From Ophelia neglecta (lineage: Eukaryota): 64,000 nucleotides of DNA. The notes under the pieces were generated by a model, which had not been told where the DNA came from, did not search any database, and was given only the letters and a program-made list of their open reading frames with translations. How positions within the stretch are numbered: the first letter of the stretch is position 1; the number at the start of each line of letters is the position of its first letter. The position numbers were made by a program, and so were the translations under genes. This document shows, one piece after another, positions 1-9,100 of the stretch. Location of the stretch: the NCBI GenBank assembly GCA_965285935.1, contig OZ260663.1, positions 111,414,001 to 111,478,000 of the forward strand, written 5' to 3'.

Positions 1-163
1 AATCACAAAGCTGATCATCGTCCACATATGGTGTAAGCTGAACAATGTCCGGCTCATAATTAGAAGCCAATTCATCGTTTTCATAATTCATATTCAATAA
101 ATACTTCAGGGAGTTAGAGTTTAATCCACCAAAGGTTTTCAGAAACGTGCTTGAGCTATCCAC
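1..163 (-). CDS. N-terminus of LINE ORF2 (pre-endonuclease segment), partial at the window edge
   Basis: Translating from GTG at 163 gives VDSSSTFLKTFGGLNSNSLKYLLN...DIVQLTPY, which aligns with (M)DSANTFLKTFGGLNNNSLNYILN...DIIQLSPY of ORF 16815..19997. Confidence 0.85.
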   Translation of the reverse strand, partial: MDSSSTFLKTFGGLNSNSLKYLLNMNYENDELASNYEPDIVQLTPYVDDDQLCD

Positions 164-822
164 AATCTAGGAGCCATAAGCATATAATAGTATATGTATA
201 TGTCACGATGTGTGAGCCAAACATGTCGATGAATATATCAGTGGCCATGAAGCAATGGAGGCATGTCAAACATATTAACCACACGCATACAACCAAACAC
301 AAATAAGTATCCACGAGCAAAAATGCGTAAATGAACAAGTGTCGTCCTGCAATATAGTGACAAAACAAAACATCACCACAATGGGCAAAAGGTTACTTGG
401 GTGCATCATACCAAACACTATCGATGAAGCGTGGTTATGTGAGGTAACGAAGACAATTTATTTTATCATCCAATAATAATGACAGACATAATTATTATTA
501 TTACCTGTACTCAGTAAAGAACATGTCCAACACAAGATCTCCATGTTTAACCTGTCTTAAAAACGTCTAGGTGAGCAGTTATAGTTATTCACATATAAAT
601 CGTCCTTACCAAATAAATGGAAGATACATAGCTCTCAACTATGTCAGGGCGTTGTAAACTGAAGTCCATGTCGGACAGTAAATGAGATATACACGTTGTT
701 GTACGGGGTTCATGTATGCAGCCAACTGAGTCAATCTCGGACGATTCCCAAAGTTCAAATTCTGGCACAGCATTCATACATACATGCATGCAATGAGGGG
801 GAGACCCTGCCAAATGCAAAAA

Positions 823-1599
823 TTATGATGTGTCAGTCTGGCATTTGTCCATCTCCTCCTGTGACAATCTAAGAGTCTTGAGGGGACCGGTTCCTGGCAT
901 GTCACGGAATTTCAAGATTCTAGGCACCGAAAAAGGAATAAAGGCGATCCTACCATTTTCTCGGATGGCCTTCATTTTTTCCCGTAATATTGCCTCTTCC
1001 TTTCTGGTTACAACGTCGACATCATCAGTGATAAAGAGACCAGATTTTGCGAGAGATTTGGGAGCTCCTTTGAGGATAATGTCACGATCCGTCCAGTTTA
1101 GCAGCTTGGCGTGTATTATGCGTGGCTTTTTCCGCTTGATATCGGGTCTAGCAGGGGTTCTATGAGCTCTCTCAAATACAATGTCTTGCAGGTCCAGCTT
1201 ATCCTTTAACAGAGTGTTTATATCTTGCATTAGATTTTCACTTGTTTCGTCCTTTCTCTCGGCCAGTCCGTGAATAATTATATTGTTTTGTCGCCCTCTA
1301 TTACTCAAGTCAACATTTCTCCTCTTTAGTTCGTTGAGATCTTCTTTAGTGGCCATACTCTGCTTAGCATTGAGACTTTCATTTTCATTGCACAACACAG
1401 ACTCCTCCATGTGGGCCAACCCTTTTTCTAATTCGTTAATCCTGAATTCGTTTGCCTCTGTCTTCCTCTCAATATCCTACATGCGCTTTTCATGTGAATC
1501 TAGTTTGACTTCAATAGCAGTGACTGTTTGGAGAATCTTAACCAGCATATCATTTTGTGAGGGGTTACCCCCCAGTGACTTCATGGTTGATTCTGACAT
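823..1599 (-). pseudogene. LINE ORF1 (coiled coil + L1-ORF1p/Transposase_22-like RRM-CTD) with one premature stop
   Basis: ATG at 1599 (MSESTMKSLGGNPSQ...) is in frame with ORF 823..1419, with a single in-frame TAG at 1479..1477. Motifs NRGRQNNIIIHGL, FERAHR, KPRIIHAKL and FITDD match ORF1 20684..21448. Confidence 0.88.
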
Positions 1600-1839
1600 A
1601 GTTCAAATACTTTCAAGTAGAATTGCTAAAAGGGCAGCAAAAAACTAATAATTTTCGAATTCCTTTCTTAAACACAGTACCTTCATTCACCTTATGTCTA
1701 ACTTTTAGTCCTCACAGATTAGTATAAGTGCAGTATTATCTACATATTGTCCCACGCCTGATAGCAACGACCTTCGCTAGTTGACCATCCTTCACCCAAG
1801 TCTGGGAACACAAATGGAGAAGGCCTCAAAGGCGTCTCT

Positions 1840-2297
1840 GTGGACTCTGACCAAGAATCTAAAGACACTGATCAGCAAACAGACTCCATCAATATATTCT
1901 CTAGAAGTGAATCTGGTGATAATGATCATGAAATGAACTCAGTCAGTGCGACTTCAGATCAAAACACCAATCCTGTGGATTCCAAGAATGAGTTTCTAGA
2001 CACCAAAATCATACCCCGTTGGCTACCCAGCCACCGAGATCTGACAAAGACAACAAGGGTAACAAATCAAGTAAAAACACTGATGGTGACCCATTACTTA
2101 ATAAAGACAAGGGGAAAAAATTGACTCCCAACAGTAAAAAGCAGACTGCTATACAAAAGGGAGCTGTAGGCAAAGGAAGTCAATCTAAGGGAGACAGTAT
2201 TAGGGGATATATTACACCCCAAAATACAGGTCTTCCTTCAAAAAGAAAAAACACGCCACCAGAAAATGAAAAGAAGAAAGAAAAACTGGGAAAATGA
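1840..2297 (+). pseudogene. C-terminal remnant of Tx1/L1 ORF1 (S/D/N-rich then K-rich), frameshifted
   Basis: Two overlapping ORFs (1840..2124 and 2019..2297) of low-complexity sequence end KKKEKLGK* 21 nt before the ORF2 ATG. The call rests on position; no diagnostic domain is visible. Confidence 0.55.
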
Positions 2298-2318
2298 TAA
2301 TCGCTGTAAAATAACACT

Positions 2319-2711
2319 ATGCCAAGAATAGTTAATATTAACATAAATGGATTGAATAGAAAACTAAAGAGGCAAGTGTTGTTTAACAAATTGAAACAGC
2401 TGAAAGCAGATGTTGTTCTTCTACAGGAAACTCATCTAGGATCAGTGGATATTCTGACTCTGGAAGCTAGGTGGGCGGGACAAATTTATTGTGCTCCAGG
2501 CGCAGCACAAAGTAAGGGTGAACTGATATTATTAAGTCCAACATTTGTTGAATCATGTAGCAATATTAATGAAATTATAAATGAAAGTAGAATTTTGGGA
2601 GTGCGAGCAACTTATGATAACAAGTGTCACATTTTCCTTAATATTTATGCTCCATGTAAATCACATGACAAATTATTTTTTTTAGAAGGTTAAATTTAAT
2701 TATTAAGGATA
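2319..2711 (+). pseudogene. Tx1/L1 ORF2, 5' segment (APE endonuclease N-half)
   Basis: NINGL...DVVLLQETH...NIYAP motifs. An apparent 1-bp frameshift lies near 2691; the frame resumes after the LTR insertion as IKDIQDNHPDCYLILGGDFN. Confidence 0.92.
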
Positions 2712-3102
2712 TGAAGTAGTTCTAGGTTCTTTTATGCAGTGAAAATACAATAGTAATAAATAGCAACTTACTATTAGTTTCTGCCGATATGTGTCAGAAA
2801 TGGCCTCTATTAAGGGGCCTCGATACGTCAGAAGCCCTGTTTGCTGAGGGGTCCTGACAGGTCCGTATTCAATGAGATGTCCAACCAATCTGCCGACTGC
2901 GTTACTAGATCCCCTCGATCCGGTGGTTGGTGGCGTCCTCTAGTGGAAAGTCTATGAACTGACTTCCCGAGACCAGTCTCTTGGCGGTAGTTTACTCTCA
3001 ATTTCATCCGAGACCGGAAGTAGAAGATAATCCGAAGGGAGGTGTGCAAAGGCCATGTGCGAGCCAGAAGTGTAAGCACATAAAAGATAGGCGCCTACAT
3101 CA
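2712..3102 (-). repeat. 3' LTR (391 bp)
   Basis: Direct repeat of 5720..6110 with no mismatch seen by eye. In element orientation the termini are TGATGTAG...CTACTTCA (7/8 inverted repeat). Confidence 0.96.
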
Positions 3103-3115
3103 CTCTTCCCCACTT
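3103..3115 (-). promoter_or_regulatory. Polypurine tract (plus-strand primer site)
   Basis: AAGTGGGGAAGAG on the minus strand directly abuts the 3' LTR. Confidence 0.85.
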
Positions 3116-3288
3116 AAAATTTTAGGAGAACGTCACCCAGAAAAGAATAGAGCAGTCGACTAGTAAGTAATCTACACTCAAAGAAATGCGACTCAGGATA
3201 TAGAGAGTTAACAATATTTTCAGTTACTCCAAACAGGTGTAAGAATTGAGCTTATGAGTGCCCAGACTTAATATATATATATATATAT

Positions 3289-3446
3289 CAGTTTCATTCA
3301 GAAACTATTTATCACACTAGTGGTTACGTATGAACTTAAATATAACTCCACCAGTCATACCAGATATGTAACAGTTTCATTCAGAAACTATTTATCACAT
3401 TAGTAGTTTCGTATAAATTTACATATATAAAACCACCAGTCATACC
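3289..3446. repeat. Imperfect tandem duplication (~83-bp period) in the 3' non-coding region of the LTR element
   Basis: cagtttcattcagaaactatttatcaca...ccaccagtcatacc occurs at 3289 and 3372, preceded by a short (TA)n. Confidence 0.85.
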
Positions 3447-3469
3447 CTCCTTAATATTAATTACAGAAA

Positions 3470-4969
3470 TTAGGAAGTGCCCGGAACAACTTGATTGCCA
3501 GCAAAGTCTTTAACGGACTCTTTCATCAACATTTCTTGTTGTTGGGCAGGGGTGAGTAGGGAGAAAAGGGTCTGAAGACTTCTCCAGTGTGTCAGAAATT
3601 CGATTTTTCCCATCATAGAGAAGTCTTCAGGAGGGCAAGTATAGATAGTGACATCTTTCTTCATTGCCAACAATATGCATTCAAAAAGGTGATTTTCTTT
3701 GTCGGTAAAATTACAATTATGAGAATTCTCCCTCCACCATCGCTGATTAATCAATATTTTTGCCAACTTATTTAGAGGGTTGTCGCCAGAACACCACCAA
3801 TAGCCAGAATGATCCAGGTATGAGTAGGCCAATTCATTAGGGAGCACCTGAGCCAGTTCATGTAGCCAACCTAGAACCAGATTGCCTCGCAGTGCTTTGT
3901 CTACATCAGAAACATTAGTGTTGTGTTTCCAATTATAATGATATTTCTGAAACAGCGCACTGTTTCTGGAAGCCCTACCATATGGTGAACAATACCACGG
4001 AGTGTGATGTTTCTCAAAGTGTTGTCTAAGCTGTCTCACCATTATTTGACAGCTGGGACATTTTCGGAGAAGTTTTTTCTTTTCAGTGGAATTGTTCTGG
4101 CTCCCGTTTCCCCCACTATTATGGCCCTTCACCGGATATGGGTGATGTCTATTACTTCTGACATTACCAAGTCTGGATCTTATTGATGGTGTGGGTGCAG
4201 CTTGGGGGAGTTTGTTGAAATTCTTATCAGAATTTCGATTTGAACTCCCTGGCATGTTAGGGTTAGCCGGAAGTGTTAATGGGTTAGTAGGTGTATTGTC
4301 TCTAGTAGTCTCTTTGGTATTCGAAACCACTTTTTCACTATTGCTTACATTGGGTTCCGTCCCTTTCCTCGTGCTTATGTACTCTAATTTATTTTTCAGG
4401 TGTGCCTCCACTGTCCGTTTTACCGGAGCATCTACTTCGGGCAGAAGCATCAGTGGGTGGCTAAACTGGGGGTGCAGCACAGGAAACTTTTCCATAATCA
4501 CATGATTGAGGAGGAAGTCAATGTCGCCCGCTAAGGCTTCGCAATGGAAAATTTCGGGGACAATACAACTAAGGGACACATAAAAAGAAGAATGGCTAGG
4601 CTTCTCTCTTAACATCTTGGCTAAGTAGGTGGGATTCCAATAGGCCCTTGCTCTACCTATTTTTCTGAGCAATTGCGCTAGAGGGACGGGAATAAGTTTA
4701 GTAGTTACCATAGGGAAAACCAGTGCAGATGTTTCATCGCTATTTTCTACTACTATGGGTGCCCGTAGTGCAGTTTGGAGAGACACTTCAGCCGCAGTTT
4801 TAAAATGAAACAAATGGTGTTCGTGTCTCTCTTTAGGGTCTATTTTTTCCAAATAGACCAGTGCATAGAGTTTAAAGTCTTCACCTTTAAAAAAGGCTAC
4901 CACCGACTTTACTTGTGCTGGACTTAAAAGTTGGAATTGGATTACTACCATAGGCCTAGAGAGTTCCAT
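3470..4969 (-). CDS. Uncharacterised 499-aa protein of the LTR element: N-terminal globular domain, N/S/P/T-rich linker, basic patch, C2H2-like zinc finger and helical C-terminal domain
   Basis: Uninterrupted 1.5-kb ORF with an optimal Kozak context (ACC ATG G). CPSC-x9-H-x3-HH directly follows KKKLLRK. No signal peptide or transmembrane stretch is apparent. Confidence 0.8.
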   Translation of the reverse strand: MELSRPMVVIQFQLLSPAQVKSVVAFFKGEDFKLYALVYLEKIDPKERHEHHLFHFKTAAEVSLQTALRAPIVVENSDETSALVFPMVTTKLIPVPLAQLLRKIGRARAYWNPTYLAKMLREKPSHSSFYVSLSCIVPEIFHCEALAGDIDFLLNHVIMEKFPVLHPQFSHPLMLLPEVDAPVKRTVEAHLKNKLEYISTRKGTEPNVSNSEKVVSNTKETTRDNTPTNPLTLPANPNMPGSSNRNSDKNFNKLPQAAPTPSIRSRLGNVRSNRHHPYPVKGHNSGGNGSQNNSTEKKKLLRKCPSCQIMVRQLRQHFEKHHTPWYCSPYGRASRNSALFQKYHYNWKHNTNVSDVDKALRGNLVLGWLHELAQVLPNELAYSYLDHSGYWWCSGDNPLNKLAKILINQRWWRENSHNCNFTDKENHLFECILLAMKKDVTIYTCPPEDFSMMGKIEFLTHWRSLQTLFSLLTPAQQQEMLMKESVKDFAGNQVVPGTS

Positions 4970-5094
4970 GGTGTATACCTTAAAAGAAAGGATTTCAATA
5001 CTTCATTAATTTCTGTAATGTCATGTTTATCGTGAGATAATGCATTACCAGTATAGACAATCCTCTCGTTTATTACTTTTAACTTTACGGCCTC

Positions 5095-5178
5095 TTAAAG
5101 AGTTTCTTTCTTTGACCCAATTCCAGTTTATTCTTTTAGTTCCTCTACACTTGCATCATTAATATTTATTTGATCCAT
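5095..5178 (-). pseudogene. Relic helix-hairpin-helix (ComEA/HHH_3-like) peptide at the gag position
   Basis: Manual translation MDQININDASVEELKE*TGIGSKKETL* fits the ININxASxEELxxLPGIGxxKA HhH consensus, with TAA in place of the conserved Leu. Confidence 0.7.
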
Positions 5179-5705
5179 ATTGTACAAATGTCAATTTTCA
5201 AATAAACATGTTCTGAAGTGAAAAGGGAATTCTGTTTCTATTTCCAAAGTGTGAAATTTACAAGTAAATTTAGAAGTAATTTGTACTAAACTGCACAAAT
5301 GTTCAACAAAAGCTGCATAAATTTCTAAGCTAGAAGTCAGTAGGCTAAACTAAGGTAGGGCCGAACTGCCTTAAACATGTACTGACATATAAACAAAGGA
5401 AACACACGCCTAAGCTAACTAGGAGTGTTGGCACACCTTGCCTGCTGACACCACAACAATGGAATGTTTGTTTAAGGGTTAGCAAGCCTGCCTGCCAGTT
5501 ATATAACAGCAGTTTTCTGCAGATGCAAAGTCCTGCTAATATTCAAAATTATCTAGATGAACACAAATAAAGATGCCCTATCTAGACTTAATTCACGTAG
5601 GAGGATTGTCTCATTAAAGCTCCTAAATGAAAATAGCAAGTGTCAGAAAACCTGCAAGTTGCGTTATTCACCTGTATTTTTCACTACAATATTTTGAAAA
5701 AACCG

Positions 5706-5717
5706 CTTCTGACACCA
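5706..5717 (-). promoter_or_regulatory. Primer-binding site complementary to the tRNA-Leu 3' end
   Basis: TGGTGTCAGAAG(CGG) lies 2 nt inside the 5' LTR. Metazoan tRNA-Leu(CAA) ends ...CCCACUUCUGACACCA. Confidence 0.85.
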
Positions 5718-5719
5718 GT

Positions 5720-6110
5720 TGAAGTAGTTCTAGGTTCTTTTATGCAGTGAAAATACAATAGTAATAAATAGCAACTTACTATTAGTTTCTGCCGATATGT
5801 GTCAGAAATGGCCTCTATTAAGGGGCCTCGATACGTCAGAAGCCCTGTTTGCTGAGGGGTCCTGACAGGTCCGTATTCAATGAGATGTCCAACCAATCTG
5901 CCGACTGCGTTACTAGATCCCCTCGATCCGGTGGTTGGTGGCGTCCTCTAGTGGAAAGTCTATGAACTGACTTCCCGAGACCAGTCTCTTGGCGGTAGTT
6001 TACTCTCAATTTCATCCGAGACCGGAAGTAGAAGATAATCCGAAGGGAGGTGTGCAAAGGCCATGTGCGAGCCAGAAGTGTAAGCACATAAAAGATAGGC
6101 GCCTACATCA
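5720..6110 (-). repeat. 5' LTR (391 bp)
   Basis: Direct repeat of 2712..3102, followed on the plus strand by the target duplication GATA. Confidence 0.96.
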
Positions 6111-9100
6111 GATATACAAGATAATCACCCAGACTGTTATTTAATATTAGGTGGCGACTTTAATTGTACTATTCAACCTGGTCTCGATATTATCGCAGGA
6201 AAACCACATCCAACCAATGAGGTTTCTGCTTTCAAGTGCATTTTAAATACCCTACACGATGCTTATAGAATATTCCACCCAGAAAGGAAAGACTTTACCT
6301 GGAAACATCTATCTAATAATATAATTAGGAGACTTGATTACATATTTGCCTGTGGTTTGGCCATGGAGTTGATTACCACCATAGATATTATAGATTTCCC
6401 CCAAACTGACCATAGGGGGATATATGTAACCTATTCAGAAAGTAAGGAAATCAGGGGCAAATCTTATTGGAAGTTTAATAACAGTCTTCTTAAAGACATA
6501 CAGCATGTTAATTCAATCTATAACCTTATTGAGTAATTATTAAACACACATGAACATTGGCCACCAGAAATGCAGCTGGAGACGATAAAAACGAAGGTTA
6601 GGGAATATACCATGAAACACAGCCAAGAGAGAGCTTCTAAAATGAAATCAGAAGAAAAAATACTGAAATTACAACTAGAAAAAATTAACTTAGAATTAGT
6701 AAATAACCCTAATGATAATCTATTAAATACAAAGCTAAGAGATATTAAGTTTAAAATTTAATTATTTGAAATTGAAAGGGCAAGGGGGGCACAACTAAGG
6801 TCAAAAAACAAATGGGTAACAGACGGCGAGAAAAACACCAAATATTTTCTGGGTTTAGAGAAATCTAAGGGTAAAAATAACAATATTAACCATCTAAATA
6901 CAGATAGCGGGGATATTAGGGGAACTGATCCAATCCTAGTTGAAATTGAGGCATTCTATAAACAGTTATATAAAAGAGAGGATAATTACAATAAAAGAGA
7001 TTTTGAAAACTTAATAAAAGATATTGAATTTAACACGCTTACTAATGATGAGCGGAATTCTTGTGAAGGTCTGTTAACCCTCTCTGATTGTACTATTGCA
7101 TTAAAGGGAATGAAAAATGACTCAAGCCCTGGAATTGATGGATTAACATCGGCCTGGTATAAAATGTTTTGGCCAAAAATAGGACAAATAGTGACCAATT
7201 CCATAAATAATGGTTAAAAGATCGGTTTTCTAAGCCCCTCGCAGAGGCTTAGTATAATTAACCTTCATCATAAGGGAAAGGACCTGCCACGGGAAAAACT
7301 TAACAATTGGAGGCCAATAGCGTTATAAACAACCGATTATAAAATAGCTGCAAAAGCCCTAGCTAATAGGCTTACCAAAGTTATAAAAAACTGGTTTCTT
7401 CTAAACAAACTGGATTCATCAAGGGAAGAAGTTCCGCGGAAATAATTAGGGCGATAGACGATATTTTAGAATATTTAGACCAAAAGAATTTGCATGGAAT
7501 CTTAATTGCAATAGATTTTAGAAAAGCATTTGATTCAATAAATAAAAGATACATGATTGACTGTTTAGAAAAAATTAACTTTGGCCCTATGTTTGTTAGA
7601 TGGGTGGAGACACCGAACAGCTTTCTACAAGCTAGAGTTGTTAATAATGGTTGATTTACAAATACTTTCACGCTAGAGCGGGGGTATAAGACATGGATGC
7701 CCCTTATCCCCCATGTTGTTTATCCTGGCACTTGAATTCTTCTCAATTAAATTAGATAATGAAAACTCAATTACGGGTATATTTGTACCGGGCTGTGATA
7801 AGCCCATTAAACTGTTGCAGTTTGCAGATGATAGTACTGGCTTGCTCAATGATGAAGAATCTGTTATACTCTTTTTGCAACTACTGCACAAATTTGATAT
7901 TATATCTGGATTACAACTTAATAAGTCAAAGACAGAAGCCATGTGGCTTGGATGTTGGAAATACCGAAGGAAGCAAATAGAGCAACTAAAATGGAAACTG
8001 TTCCCTGAAAACAAAGTTACCATTTTGGGAATAACCGTGTGTTCAAATAAAACAGCTAGTCATTGTGATGAAAACTGGGAACGGCATACTGCAATATGTG
8101 AAAATGTTATCAGGGCCTGGTCCAAAAGATATTTGTCAATATTTGGTAAAATTGTAATAATTAAAAATTTTCTTTCGTCACAATTTGCATACACTCTTCG
8201 ATGTATTAGATACCCAGTACATGTATTAAATAAGTTGAATGGGATGTTTTTTAAATTTCTGTGGTCTGATAAAGATCCAGAAAGGAATCGGGTAACAGAC
8301 CGTGTTAAACGAGAATTTGTTTCTCAGCCAATCCCACAAGGCGGTCTTGGCATGCCTGATTTACACATTATGCAGAAACAACTCCATTTTAAATGGATCT
8401 CCAAATTAATAGAAGATAGCAATGAAATGTGGAAATTCCTTCCCCGTACTTATTAGGCATCATATGGGAGAAATATGGATGTATTTAATAGTAATATTAA
8501 ATCAGACGGATTTAGGCAAATAGAAACATCGAAACTCGAATTGGAATTTTGGAAATATTTTCTTTTTGATTGGCTGGACATAAATTCTCTGGATACAGGC
8601 AGAGTCACCAGTGTTATATTCAACAATAGGGATATCACGTATCGTGGTGCTCCTATCTTTGTACCTAGATGGTTGCAACATGGTTTGGTGTATGTCCAAG
8701 ATATCTTGCTTGATGGAGTACTGAACTATGAAAAAATATTCAATATATTAGGTGACAATGCGAGAACTCGATGGGAGCTAAATATTGTTCGAAATGCATT
8801 ATCTATTAAAAATATGGATAAAATAAGTGGAGTGCTAACACGTCGGGATATTATATTTAGGGGCTCACCCCTGTTAACATATACATCGAAAATGTTAAAA
8901 ACTGGAATTATGAAATTACTTCGTAGAAATGAAAATATAATATTTTCTACATATTTATATGAAAGATATGGTAATATCTGTACAACTGAAGAAGTCTTTC
9001 AAATGGCAGATATATATACACGTAGTGAAGCCAAAATTGCTAGTCTCCAATGGAAGATACTACATAACATCTACCCAGTAGGAGCATATCTGAAAAAATT

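Larger units (their letters stand above)
1..1797 (-). mobile_element. 5' part of a CR1/L2-group non-LTR retrotransposon (5'UTR, ORF1, inter-ORF region, start of ORF2); runs off the left edge of the window
   Basis: ORF1 and the ORF2 N-terminus are clearly homologous to those of the full-length element at 16187..21655. The 5'-terminal motifs GGTGAAGG..ATGG and AGGYGTGGGAC are shared between the two copies. Confidence 0.9.
2712..6110 (-). mobile_element. Non-autonomous LTR retroelement (probably Ty3/gypsy-derived), 3399 bp, lacking pol and carrying one intact orphan ORF
   Basis: Two 391-bp LTRs with TG...CA ends. 4-bp target duplication GATA at 2708..2711 and 6111..6114. The PBS next to the 5720..6110 LTR and the PPT next to the 2712..3102 LTR set the minus orientation. 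No RT, IN or PR motif is visible internally. Confidence 0.95.

Noticed and set aside
830-1648. Plus-strand ORFs 830..1165 and 1283..1648 (and 21027..21347)
   Set aside because: These are antisense shadows of LINE ORF1 with no independent coding signal.
2703-3163. Short ORFs duplicated at 2703-3079 and 5684-6087
   Set aside because: They lie inside the LTRs and are duplicated only because the LTRs are; they have no recognisable motifs.
3470-4969. Calling the LTR element ORF gag or env
   Set aside because: It has no CCHC knuckle or recognisable capsid motif and no signal peptide or TM anchor, and a separate gag-position relic exists upstream.
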